From: Nitrospirota bacterium
GTDB lineage: Bacteria > Nitrospirota > UBA9217
NCBI GenBank assembly: GCA_963818475.1
Contig: CAWFSF010000006.1
Span: forward strand, 32,001-96,000
DNA length: 64,000 bases
Direction: 5' to 3'
Shown here: positions 12,706-25,359 of the stretch, one piece after another
Layout of the letters: the number at the start of each line of letters is the position of its first letter
Position numbering within the stretch: the stretch's first letter is position 1
Notes under the pieces: generated by a model
What the model was told of the DNA's origin: nothing
Databases searched by the model: none
Seen by the model: only the letters and a program-made list of their open reading frames with translations
Translations under genes and position numbers: made by a program

Positions 12706-13372
12706 TCGAAACATCGCCCGTTTTTTTTAAAATTATTGTATCTGGAGAAACGGGTAATATGTAATTTTCACGAACCATGAAAATCGGAATAGACATCGTG
12801 ATTTTTCGAGGCTCCCCGCTCAAGACCCATACGGGGCCGGGGGGCGTTCGGTTTTTTGAAAGTCTCCGATCCAGCCGCGGTGGCCCCCCTTAGGGGCGGC
12901 AGCATAATGATAATGGGGGTATGTTCTTCAACCACCATCTGGATTCGGTCGTGAAAATGAATACAATTCTCACTTTGAAATGGAAAAATCAGGTGCTAAA
13001 CAGCGTTTCCCTAACAGTCAAGAAATGCTGATAATTCCTATTCTGTGTGCCTGTGGCCGCAGGCGATCAGATAGGCGTTTTCATAGGAAACGGGCACTGA
13101 AGCTCGCTACAAGCTCATGCCGGTTTCTACGGTGCAGAAAAAGAACAAAAAAGTTCTCTCTCAAAAATTGTAAACAAAGAAAAAGTTATATGTTCTCTTG
13201 GGTATTTTCACTTGACTAAAGGAAAGTTTCGTATCCACAGAACCCCCGTGCGGATTCCTCGGTGAATTTTTATCCTGATACCGGTTACCAGCAGGCGCAG
13301 AGAGACTCAAAACGGTTTCAGGTTCTGGTAAGGTTCTTTAAGTCAGGTAGTAAATGGGAGGTGAATGAAAGT

Positions 13373-14836
13373 ATGCCACACATCTGTATAGGGTTTGAAG
13401 TCCACCAGCCTTACCGGCTGAACCGGACGTTCTCACCTGATCCGAAGATCAAGAAAAAGGATCTGTTTGATCATTATTTCGACAGCCTGAACAAGGAAAT
13501 CCTGTTGCGGGTCGTAGACAAGTGCTATGATCCTGCCACAAAACTCATCCTTGAAAAACTCGATGAAGGATTTGCCTGTTCATTTTCGATGTCGGGCATT
13601 CTCATCGAGCAGCTGGAGAAATGGAGCAAGGATACCCTGTCGCTTTTTGAGCAGGTTGCACGGCACAAAAACACCGAGATGATCGGGCAGACCTACTACC
13701 ACAGCATTGCCAGTTGTTTTTCTGATAAATCAGAATTCAGGGACCAGGTCACGGTTGCATTCAGACCTGATGCATGACCTGTTCAGAGTCCGTCCGACAA
13801 TCTTTGAAAATACCGAATTTACGTTCAATAACGAAGTTGCTGCCACCATCAGGGATATGGGATTTCGCCGGAATTTTTACTGAAGGGGTAGACCGCATTC
13901 TGGGCTGGAGGAGCCCGGATTACCTGTATACCTGCAGGGGCATTCCTGTTCTTCTCCGGAATACGAAGTTGTCCGATGACATTGCCTTCCGGTTTGCCAA
14001 CCGCACATGGGACATGTATCCGCTGACAGCTGACACCTATGCCCACTGGGTTGCCTCATCTTCCGGAGATATCATCACGGTATTCCTTGACTACGAGACA
14101 TTTGGTGAACATTTCTGGAAGGAGACCGGTATATTTGACTTTTTACGCGCCCTGCCCGATGAACTCAGCAGACGGGACGTTGGATACGATCCTGCCATCG
14201 CAGGTTGTTTCAGCAGTATTCACCGGTTGGAGACATTGATGTTCACGAGACCATCTCATGGGCGGATCTCGAGAAGGATACGTCTGCATGGATGGGAAAT
14301 GATCGCCAGCAGACAGCGTTTCATGCTGTGCAGTCGGCACGGGCATACGCAGTCAATAAACCGATCTGGCGGTATCTCCAGACCAGCGACCATTTCTATT
14401 ACATGGCCTCCAAATACGGCACGTGCGGGGAAGTCCACACCTATTTCAGCCATCATGAGGCGGAGGATGCGTTCAAGACATATATGAGGGTCCTTGCGGA
14501 CTATGAATCACGGAATATCCGGGTGATGAAAAACCGGAAATCGGCAAAGACACTGCGAACCCTGGCCCCGGAACAGGCATTTCATTTTGCGTGTCCCGCC
14601 GGGTTCATCGGCCATACTGCCTACAACCTTGACCAGTTTGAAGAATTCTCTATTATCGTGCCCCAGGATTCGATCTCAGTTACCACCAGGACCGGGGTGA
14701 TTTCTGCCAACTGGATTACCGATGTGCTCGATGATCCCCGTCTTGCAGAGAGTATCAGCGGACTCACTGAACGTCACGAACTGGTACACGTGTCATAAAA
14801 GAACGGAGGGAACTGTTGTGGAGTCACTTAAAATAG
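13373..14836 (+). CDS. GH57 alpha-amylase with C-terminal extension (frameshifted)
   Basis: FEVHQPYR, QTYYHS, LSDDIAFRF, DYETFGEH, LQTSDHFYYM. Confidence 0.9.
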
Positions 14837-15961
14837 CCTTTTTCTGCTGGGAATCGATGTACGCCGAACGGGTCGGCGGGCTTGCCAGTGCTGCAACCAA
14901 TCTTGCAGAAACACTGGTAAAACAGGACCATGAAGTGCATTTCTTCACCCGGGGGAATATTCCCGATCAGACAATCAACGGTGTTCATTACCACTATTGC
15001 CAGCCCTCCGGAAAAAATATTGTCGAATATTGCGATGCCATGAGCAGCCTCGATGGTGGACCAGTTTAAACGCTATGATAGACCCCACCGGTTTGATTTT
15101 CTCCATTTCCATGACTGGCATCCGGTCCAGGCTCTCCATCACCTGCAGGACAGGAATACCATCCTCACGTTCCATTCAACAGAATACGGGAGGAATGGCA
15201 ACCAGTTCGGCGACTGGTGGGAGTTTAAGGAAATTTCCGGGAAAGAATGGTATGGCGGGCTTATTGCAAAACGGGTAACCGCAGTTTCCGCAACCCTGAA
15301 AAATGAAGTGATGCAGTTATACAATGTCCCTGATGAGAAATGCGATGTGGTTCCCAATGGTGTGGTCCCCCGCGAGTTCCGGGCAGCGATCAACCCGGGG
15401 GAAGTGAAGAAATCGTATGGTATACATCCCTACGCACCGCTCATCCTGTTTATCGGCAGGCTTGTCTACCAGAAAGGCCCGGACCTGCTCATCGAGGCGA
15501 TACGGAAAGTCTGCCAGCACCGCTGGGATGCACAGGTCATCGTTGCCGGGGAAGGGGGCATGCGACAGTTCCTGGAGGAGCGGGCAAAAGATCTGCCGGT
15601 CAACTTTGTCGGGTACATCCCGGATTCTGAGTATATCCGGTTATTAAATGCCGCTGATATTGTCGTCATTCCCAGCCGGAATGAACCGTTCGGGCTTGTG
15701 CTCCTGGAGGCATGGAGTGCCGAAAAATGTGTTGTTGCGTCCAATGTCGGCGGGCTCTCCGAGAACATTGACGCATTTGTAAATGGTATCAAAGTGGATG
15801 TCGACCCTGAATCCCTCGCATGGGGTATCAATATGATGATAGACGAACCAGAGAACGCAGGAGCACTGGGAAAACGAGGCAGGATCAAAGTGGATCGCCT
15901 CTTCCTCTGGGATCCGATTGTCCGAGGACTGACCGATACCTATGCCCGTACGGTTGCATGA
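14818..15961 (+). CDS. GT4 glycosyltransferase (glycogen synthase-like)
   Basis: WES...VGGLA, HFHDWH, HSTEYGR, IGRLVYQKG, EPFGLVLLEA. Confidence 0.9.
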
Positions 15962-16099
15962 ACATGAGGTATGGTCATGGAAGTGTTCCCTTCCTTTTTT
16001 GAGGGGCCTGAAACCGGTATTCTGTTTCCCCGGTCCATCACAAACGCGTACAGGTGTATGTCTGATATCTGAATGGGGATGCAGGATGGTCCCTGATTC

Positions 16100-17086
16100 A
16101 TGACCTTAAAGGAATCACACATGCATCATAAGAACTTTAAGGACACTATTGCAGCATCGCCCTGTATCTTTACCCTTGGTGTTGCCGGGGACAGCGGGTC
16201 CGGGAAGACCACGTTCACCGAGGGTGTACGGAGCATCTTTGGCAAGTGATCTCGTGTCAACCATTACGCTTGACGATTACCACAGCCTTGACCGGGCCGG
16301 GCGAACGGAGCAGGGAATAACGGCGCTGGACCCCAGGGCAAACCGTATTGAACAGCTCGAACGGGACCTCATCTCGCTCAAACAGGGGATGCCAGATCGA
16401 AAAACCGGTCTACAACCATGCTACCGGAACATTTGATCCACCCGTCCTCTTCCGGCCCAAGAAAATCCTCATCCTTGAAGGGCTTCACACGCTGTTCACC
16501 CCGACGCTGCGAAAATACCTTGATTTTACCCTCTTTGTGGATCCGGCACAGCAGGTGAAATATGACTGGAAGATCCGCCGCGACATGGAAAAACGGGGAT
16601 ATTCCCGTGACGCTGTCATGAAAGAAATTACTGAACGTGAACCGGATTACGAGCGGTATATTGCCCCGCAGAAGGAATTCGCGGATGCCGTGATCGGGAT
16701 CGACTATTCGGAATTCGGGCAGGACCTGGGCCTGGAGCGCAATGTCTACCGGATCACCCTCTCGCAGAACCGGATGAACCACGCCATGGAAGATATCGAT
16801 CTCTCACTGGATCTCTATTCCATCCTCTCCCTTTCCCAGCGGAATTTCTCTCTTAAATTCCTGACCAGTGATCATAATAACCACCGGATAGGTCAGCTGG
16901 TCATGGATGGCGAACTCCGTGAAGATGTCGGGGAAAAACTTGAACGCAGCATCGAGAACCAGACACGGGTCCACCCCATCTCACTCTTCAGACACACGGG
17001 ACTACGTACCCGCCGGGGATCTTGCCCAGCTGATTCTCTGCTGGCGGATTATTCACCGCCGCATTTTCATGGAGACCTGCCGGTAA
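16100..17086 (+). CDS. prk: phosphoribulokinase / uridine kinase family (archaeal PRK-like), frameshifted
   Basis: GVAGDSGSGKTT P-loop, LDDYH, PVYNHATG, LILEGLH, WKIRRD, YIAPQK. Confidence 0.8.
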
Positions 17087-17218
17087 TGGCACTCCACGGG
17101 ATCCCGTGCAGAGGGAACGGTTGTACAACGAGGAGGATGCAATGTGATGCAGAAAGGAATAAGCGACCACGTATGAAGGGAACTTCCCCGTCTCCCAAAA
17201 AATCCTCATCCAGACCCA

Positions 17219-17930
17219 GTGTTTTCTGTCTGCTGGGAGGGCCCGCTTCCCGAACCTTCGGTCAGGACCGCAGAAGATCTCCGGGGAGTTCTTGCAGACC
17301 CGGAGTGTACCTGCACCGGACCGGTATATTACATGTATCGTGATGTTGCCCGTTCGGTAAACGACCGCAACTGGTTAACGGAGCAGCAGCTCCGGTTTGA
17401 TATCACGGTGATCCCACCGCGTGAGATCTGCGGTGAGTTCATCAAGACAAAGGGGCATTATCACCCGGATAATCCATCAGGGACCGGCTACCCTGAGATC
17501 TATGAAGTCCTTGCCGGAGAGGCACACTACCTGATCCAGGACCAGGATTGTTCCGATGTGGTGATGATAACGGCGTGTGCCGGAGAGATCGTTGTTGTTC
17601 CCCCGGGATATGGACATGTAACTATCAATCCTGCCAGAACTACCGGTCCTGCAGATGGCAAACATTGTCTCTTCGGGGTTTTCGAGCAATTACCAGAGAT
17701 ATGAAGCGCAACGGGGGGCAGCATTTTTTGAGATGGTAAAGGAAGGGTTTGTACAGAACCCGGCATATGCGAAACCTCCACCTCTCCGATGTGAAGGCAC
17801 AGCGGGTCGCTGGTGTGAGGAATGCGATCACAGCCCCGCTCTACGATTTGATCGAAAAGCGGGCTCCGGTCTGGAATTTCTCAATTATCCTGAAAAATAC
17901 GGATCATTATTCCGGGAACTCTGCCCGTAA
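17219..17930 (+). CDS. cupin-type (archaeal) glucose-6-phosphate isomerase
   Basis: KTKGHYH, YPEIYEVL, VPPGYGHVTINP, MANIV. Confidence 0.85.
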
Positions 17931-17945
17931 CCTCTTTTTAGTAAT

Positions 17946-19452
17946 TCATGTTCTCCCGTATACTTCGGTCATATCACCGAGGTTTTCAGTTACGAGGGGG
18001 CTGATCTGGTCTTTTTCCAGCTGCCATCTCCAGTTGCCCTTATCGGTTCCGGGCCGGTTCATCCGGGATTCTACACCAAGGCCGAGGATATCCTGCATGG
18101 GGAATGATTACCGTATCTGCAACTGACATCATGGCAAGACCGGATTAAAACGGCGGGTACCTGTTCTGCGCGGAAGTTCCTGCCCGATATACCGGAAGAG
18201 CCTGTGTTTCTCTTCCGTTGCAGCCTCCGATTCCAGCCACCCGCGGACAGGGGCATTGTCATGGGTACCGGTATACAGGATACAGTTCTTTTTCAGGTTA
18301 TGCGGGGCGTGCGGACTGCCGGAAGGATCATCGGTAAATGCAAAGAGGAGGACTCGCATACCCGGCAGATCAAACCGGTCCATGAGGTCTGAGACATCCG
18401 GGGTAATAATGCCGAGATCTTCTGCAATAAGGGGAAGATCGACAACACGGTTTTTCAGGACGGTTAATAATTTTTCACCGGGTGCAGGAACCCACTTCCC
18501 GTGCATTGCATTGTCTGCACCTGCCGGAACTTCCCAGTACGCGACAAGGCCACGGAAGTGATCAATTCTCGTATAATCAACCAGGGAGAGGGTATGCTCG
18601 ATCCGGTCTATCCACCAGGAAAAGCCGGATCGTTCATGCTCTTCCCAGCAGTAGAGCGGATTTTTCCAGAGCTGCCCGGTTCTGCTGAAATAATCAGGGG
18701 GCACGCCGGCCATAACGAGAGGAAGCAGGTTGTCATCGAGCCGGAACAATTCCGGGTGCGTCCAGACATCAGCACTGTCATAACTGACGTAAATCGGGAT
18801 ATCCCCTATCAACCGGATACCTTTTTTTATGCAGTAATTCCTCAAAGCCTGCCACTGCATGAAAGAACATATACTGGAGAAATTTTTCCCGTTTCGATAT
18901 TTTTCCAAAGGGTCTGTCTCATCGCATCCAGTGCTGCCGGATCCCGGTATTTTATCGCCTCCGGCCAGGTGCTCCAGAGACTTCCCTTAATAGTGCCGGT
19001 GTAACGAGGTGAAAAGCGCAAAATCCTCAAGCCACCAGGAATTATTCCTGCAGAACTCATCAAACCTGGTCACGGTCGATCTGGTCCCGCCTGAACCGCT
19101 CATACGCCCGAAAAAACAATCTTTCCTTGAACCGGATCACCGCGTCAAAATCTACGGTACCACGAGGAAATTCCGGGACTCCGGAAATATCGTGTTTTTG
19201 TAAAAAACCGTCTTTTACCATACAGTCCGGGCTGATCAGATTTGTATTGAATGCAAAGGTGGATATGCTGTGATAGGGGGAATTATCATATTCCGGACTG
19301 GTGGGATTCACGGGAAGGATCTGCCAGTAACGCTGTTTTGCATCCGACAGGAAATCCACAAACTGACAGGCAGATGGCCCGAGATCCCCGATGCCATATC
19401 CTGAAAAAAGGGAGGTGATATGCAAAAGGATTCCGCTTCCTCTTTGTTTCAT
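17946..19452 (-). CDS. malQ: 4-alpha-glucanotransferase (GH77), frameshifted
   Basis: GILLHITSL, WQILP, GDIPIYV, RIDHFRG, IAEDLG, YTGTHDN, RMN.PG..GNW. Confidence 0.95.
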
Positions 19453-19525
19453 ACAAGATGCCCCCGTATTTTTCCTGGATGTACAGTGCTGGTGCCGCTC
19501 CCTGATCCGGCCACTCCATACCCTG

Positions 19526-22025
19526 TCATAAAAATTTCACCCCAAGATAACATCCCAGCTCCTCAAACAGCCGGATCCATTCCCGTGCATGTGCATTCCC
19601 GGATCCTGCAAGCACCTGCATACCCGCTGCTTTTTTGCGGCCGATACGGAAATAATAATTCTGTGATTCCCAGAGATTGTATTTCAGGGCGAGCGGGCAT
19701 AAAATTGTAAAGACCTCATTGATCTTTTCCATCAGGAATGGATCGTCCGGGCTTTCAAGAAGTCGCTGCATGAGGGCTGTGATGGCTGCACTTGCCGTGA
19801 AATTGAGCGTCGCAGTATCCGGTTCGAATTTTCCTTTTGTCATTTCACCAACCAGGACCGCAAGTCGTTCTGTATCGGGATCTTTGGCTGAAAGAATCTT
19901 TTTGAGATCAAGATTGATGATATACCAGACCGGGTCTTCGAGTACTTTTGGCGGGGGTATCTGCATCTCTTTCATCGCAGAGAGAAGCGGGAAAAACTGT
20001 TTGTAGATATGCCGGAATGCAGATTCCCTATCCGCAAGCGTGGAATCAAGAACAGCATATATTACCTTTCGCTGTCCGTCCCTGAACAGGTGCCGGAGTG
20101 TATAGGAATGACTGCCATAGTGTTTTTCAAGACTGAGCATTATCCGGGGGATGTCACTTTTGGAAAAACCGTCCATTAATTCATCCCGCATCGCACCATA
20201 GGTCATTTCATCGACGTATTCGGTTGCCCCTCCCATGAAACTGATGGTTTCCCAGATGAAGAACGGCAAACATCAGGGTATTTTCTTCCCACGTAGTATC
20301 GGAATGCAGGAAGACTTTTCCCAGTGACAAGTCTGAGATCGCCGGATTCTGCCTTCTCTAACGCTTCGTTCCGGAGGGTATAATTCCGTATCCGGATCGT
20401 TTCCGGAGATCCTGCAACCAGTGAGGACACTGCATAGTGAAATCCAACCCTTGAAAGATCAACAACTGATGTCCGGACAAAATTTTTGTACACCTGTGCG
20501 CCATTCCCCTGTTCCGGTACAGTGCCGGGAGCTTTTTCCAGGATACGGATAAATTCGGGGTTCCAGATCAACCCCCGCCACTTCCCGTGCAAGCTGCATT
20601 GCACGACAGGCATACCTCATTACCTGGACGGATTCGATACCGGAAATATCTTCAAAAAACCACCCGCAGCTGGTATACATGAGCATACCATTTCTCTGCA
20701 TCTCGAGCAAGCTTGAGTACCTGGACCTTGTCTTCCTTTGAAAGTGTCCGTACCGCATGGTTTGAGAAGAAGGCTTCGATGGTTCCACGAGAACGGTCCA
20801 GGATGATGTTGATATAATCATCCCGTGCCTGCCAGGGATCGGTAACATACGAATTCATTCTCTCACCGTAGAGTGCCGCAAGGTTCTGGCAGAGCCAGTC
20901 CATGGCCTCACGGAGGGGTGCCCTCCACTTCTGTCGTGAGACGATCTCACAACTTTTGTCACCAGGAGGTGTAACCGGGACCGGGCAGGGACCAGGAGGA
21001 GTCATCTGGATACTGGAACCCTTGGTACAGCATCCGCAGTCACTTCTCCAGCGCTCGACACCGTGGGGGCAGCTCCATGACGTATTTTCGATAATTTCTA
21101 CCTGGTGGGTGGGTGGACAGGTGCTCAGGTATTCGCCATAGACGGTAATCCGGGCAAGATTTCTGGATTCAAGGTAATGAAGGGCGTACGCCAGTGCCAT
21201 GTCACCAAAGCGGTGGTGATGCCCGTAGGTTTCCCCATCAGATGCAATGGATAACAACCCGGATTCTTTCTGGTTCAGGAAAAAATAGTCCATCATCCGG
21301 TTGGCAAACACTTCGCCATTTTCCAAAAGACGGAAAAACGCCATCTCCCGTGCAATGGTTTCTTCATAAAAAAAGATGACAATCGACCCACCGGAGGGCA
21401 GACGGCACAGGTATGGCCGGGAACAATCAATGGTCCCCGGCTTACATCCGTCCATCGGGAGTCATTGATCGGTCTGGTACGGCTGGCCTGTTTTGGAGAG
21501 AGTATCGTAAACGCAATGCCCTGTTCTGCCAGAATTTCCAGGGTTTCGATGTCAACTGCCGTTTCCGGCAGCCACATCCCTTCAGGTCGTCGTCTGAACC
21601 GGGAGATAAAATCCTTTATTCCCCAGACTACCTGTGTACGTTTGTCCCTGCGGCTGGCAAGGGGCATGATAATATGGTTGTATACCTGGGCTATGGCTGA
21701 ACCATGCCCGGAAAACCGATTAATGCTCTCCTTATCTGCTTTTAGAATGGCTGAGATACACTTCCGGCTGGTTGCGCTCCAGCCAGGTAAGCAGGGTGGG
21801 ACCGAAATTAAAACTGATCCTTGAATAGTTATTGACAATATCAATGATCCGTTTATCTGAATCGAGAATCCGGGATGCCGCATTCGGTGCATAGCATTCA
21901 GCAGCGATACGTTCATTCCAGTCATGATACGGGTAGGCAGAATCCTCGATCTCGACTTCTTCAAGCCAGGGATTCTCGCGTGGGGGCTGATAGAAGTGGC
22001 CATGTATACAGACAAAACGACTCAT
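19526..22025 (-). CDS. DUF3536-containing GH57 glycoside hydrolase, frameshifted
   Basis: CIHGHFYQPPRENPW, SFNFGPTL, GMWLPETA, DGETYGHH, WSCPHGVERW, MYTSCGWFF. Confidence 0.9.
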
Positions 22026-22662
22026 GTACTCCCTCATATCACAAAAACCCGCAGGCATGACTGGATCATTTCCGGGTATTCCCCGGTCTCTTTTCCCAGA
22101 TAATAATCTTCTGTGCGGTTATGTATCAGGAGTTATAGTATCAGCAGTATCCTCCCATCTTTATTCACTCCCCTCCCACCTCGTTCTTCTTTCACAGGTC
22201 CACATAACCGAAGAACCTGCAGGTATGGTACAAAAGGAGAGGTATGGAACTGTTCGGCACAGATCGCAGGGTGATCAATTTTTCGGTCACCGTACAGTAT
22301 CCATGAACGCAATTGCAGTCCGGGCACCACCATCCGACCGGAATGTAGTGCTGTTTTGTGTTTTTCGTCATAGACCCGGATAGAGGTCCTGGACATATGC
22401 TGCTGCCGTGTCCTTGTATTCTGCATGACAGTGAAGTGCTGGAACATGGACAGACCTCCTTTTTATCGTTACTAATAACATATCCCCGTGTTCTGATTTT
22501 TGCAATTTATATCCTGACATGGCATGATTCAAATTTTGTAAATTACAGACAGGTCTTTAAATAAATCCGGAGATGTACTCGCTTGTTCCAGGGTATTTTC
22601 CTTATGTTTCGTTGAAGCATCATGAAAAATATCCTGTCAGAAAGGACGATTGGTGAATACAT

Positions 22663-22998
22663 ATGACAGAAGACTCAATTAACAGGATGGTAAATAAGGG
22701 TGTTTTGGGAGCTGATGACGTGAAGCTCCAGACCGCACAGAAACTGGAGGAGGCTGCCCGTAAGCTTCGGAGTGCAGACATATCGACGCACGGGGAAGAT
22801 ATCAAGAAAATCATGAATGATATCGAATCCCAGGTGTACCAGTTCAAAAAAGAGGCTGGTGTAAAATATGATGAAATGGAAGCCGGTTTCCATGAATCCA
22901 TGAAACCGATAGAAACGATGATTACCGATCACCCAATCCCCGCAGTCCTGGTAGCGATTGGTGTTGGGGTTCTTGCCGGTATGTTGATCAGGAGATAA
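22663..22998 (+). CDS. DUF883/ElaB-YqjD-like tail-anchored protein
   Basis: helical body plus C-terminal HPIPAVLVAIGVGVLAGMLIRR. Confidence 0.7.
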   Translation: MTEDSINRMVNKGVLGADDVKLQTAQKLEEAARKLRSADISTHGEDIKKIMNDIESQVYQFKKEAGVKYDEMEAGFHESMKPIETMITDHPIPAVLVAIGVGVLAGMLIRR

Positions 22999-23109
22999 TC
23001 CAGCGATTGATGCGCAGTGAATCTGCCGCCACCTGATATCTGGATTACCTGCAAACACGGCCAGGTGAAGTGTACATGATGAAAAAAAATAAGGAACAAG
23101 GAGATTAAC

Positions 23110-23253
23110 ATGGCGATTGAAGTGAATTGGGGGATGATGGGATTATTCTCCGTGATTGCATTTCTGGTGGGCTGGTTCATATTTGGTTTGCTGGGTGCCG
23201 TGGTATTAGCCATTATTGTAATGGTGGTTATGGGTATTATCCAGTTCAGGTAA
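23110..23253 (+). CDS. small hydrophobic protein
   Basis: GGAG RBS, MAIEVNWGMMGLFSVIAFLVGWFIFGLLGAVVLAIIVMVVMGIIQFR. Confidence 0.5.
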   Translation: MAIEVNWGMMGLFSVIAFLVGWFIFGLLGAVVLAIIVMVVMGIIQFR

Positions 23254-24307
23254 AATTCCCGTTGAATAACCGTAATTGTGGTACTGAGGTGAAAGTGCGG
23301 CGGCATTCATCACAACTTATCGATAGAAGGGTTCCAATTCCGAATAGCAACTGATAAACATGATTAAATATGAAAATACCCTCACTTTTTCATCCGGTAT
23401 GCTTGCAGTACATCCGGATCATGTTTGTTTTCATGGGAAATCATAGATACTTTCAAGGAGGGGACAGTGCCTGTCCCCCCATACCGCCCCTCCGCTTTGC
23501 GATAGCGCTGTTATTACCTATTCAGGGGTTATCGCATTTTGGGAGGCCGTAGCGGCGGGGGGAAACCCCGTGAGCGTTCATGTTTTTTGAACTTTTCTGC
23601 AGAGCCGTTTTTTGCATTTTTTTATAAACCAGGCGTTTTTTTAATAAACCGCAGGTGAAGAGCAGATTTTGTAATCAACAGGCAGTTCTTTATACGCACG
23701 CACCATGTAATCGCCTGCTCTGGTATGAAACAAAGGACAGCATTTTCAGGAACATTTTCCCGGAGCATCAATACCCCATCATTTCAGTTGAGTAAGGAAA
23801 GGAGCTGGACAAAAACATGCAGGATACAAATACGCAGGAAATAACGACGCAGGAACAAGACAACCAGGCAGCCGAGGCTGATAATATCAGGTACCAGGTC
23901 TTATTGGCATCGGAAGAAGCTGCCTCTAAGCTGCGCAATAGTGTGGCAGGGATGTCAGGCAATCTTCTTACATCGATGGGGCCCGGAGAGGAAAGTCAGC
24001 TACAAAAAGCCAATATAAAAAGGTAAAACCTGTCGCGGACATACCGGCAGCGTCGGTGATAAAAGAACTTTCATCCTCCACCAGCACATTACCATAATTT
24101 TTATTGCCACGGTGTCCTTTTGGCTGTCGCTTTTTCCTTTTAACGATAACAAATTCTTTAACCGGCCCGGAACCTGTCCGGATTTTTTCACAGGAAAGGA
24201 GAATTACGGTTTGTTACCGTGTATAATCTGATATGCAGGGTGGGGATTATACTCCGCAGGCGGACGGCAGTGTATGAAAAACGTTCGCGGTGCAAAAAAG
24301 GAATTCT

Positions 24308-24999
24308 TCACCGGTGCGGGGTGACAACAACGGCCGGGGGATTGATCCGGATCGATTTGTAAATATTCACGATATTGTTCTGGAATTCCTGGACTGGCTG
24401 GCGCTTGTTCTGGGTCTTGAACGAGAAGATATACATGCCGTTTTCCGTTGATGTGAATATGTATGTCCCTTTAACCTGGTCGGTCTGGAAATCCAGCTCA
24501 TAGGATTTGTAACCGGATATCATGAGGGTGTAACTGTGGACTTTTACTTCTGTCAGGACATCGTAGGTCTTCTGGACAGCAACGGTTGCGTTGTTGAAAT
24601 ACTTCTCAAAGTCCGTTCCGGGGTTCTGATCGACATCAACACTCAGGACAACATATGACGACTGGTCCCCTGGTATGGTATCGGGGGAGTAGAAATTGGC
24701 AATATTTTCTGTCATCTTCCCATAGTCCCTGACCCCGCCCATAAGAACATCCTGCCTCTTCCAGTCGGCCGGGACTGAAATGGTTACACCATAGGGAAGG
24801 GAGGCACTCACACCCGTATTGGCCGGCACAGAGGTGCTGGCCAGAGCAGGTACCCCCTGCCCGGCAGTCACGCCAGGGAATCCGTCGCCGCGGGAATCTT
24901 TGGGTCTGTGGGACTGGAACAACCGGCAAAAAGCACCGTAATTGCTACAAGCACGACGACTGCCATGCCAATGCAGGCAGAACAGGAAAACGCTTTCAT
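24308..24999 (-). CDS. archaeal lipoprotein, PsbP-like (frameshifted)
   Basis: ATG at 24999 with GAGGAG RBS, lipobox FAGC, then YGVTISVPADW...SIRI in the long ORF frame. Confidence 0.6.
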
Positions 25000-25048
25000 G
25001 AAATCTCTCCTCAAATACTATTGTTTTGTATTGAGTTGCACGGATTGG

Positions 25049-25147
25049 GATCCGCCTGGTGTTGACCCAGCCCATGAGCGTCACGTTATAGCCTACATCA
25101 TTTTTTCCCAATTCTCCGCAGGTATGCGTCTTTTTCATTGATTTCAC
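25049..25147 (-). pseudogene. aspS: 5' fragment of bacterial aspartyl-tRNA synthetase, cut at a GATC junction
   Basis: MKKTHTCGELGKNDVGYNVTLMGWVNTRR matches the AspRS N-terminus; the expected DHGG is absent. Confidence 0.85.
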
Positions 25148-25359
25148 GGTGCCACGCCCCTTCTTTTTTCATGATGCAAAACAGGCTGGATAATAGCATC
25201 TCATGCGCTGAAAAGTCAAGTGAACTATAGGCTTTAGAAGGGCAATTGCGGAATGCGGATTTCGGAATGCGGAATAAAATCAAAAAAATTCAGGAGCGTA
25301 AATAAAGCGCAGATATTTTCTACGCCGGCTGTTCAATGACGAATATTTAGAGCGGGTGT

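Noticed and set aside
24308-25147. 279-aa ORF as a novel AspRS-PsbP fusion
   Set aside because: Artefact of the junction plus a frameshift; the lipoprotein has its own RBS and ATG at 24999
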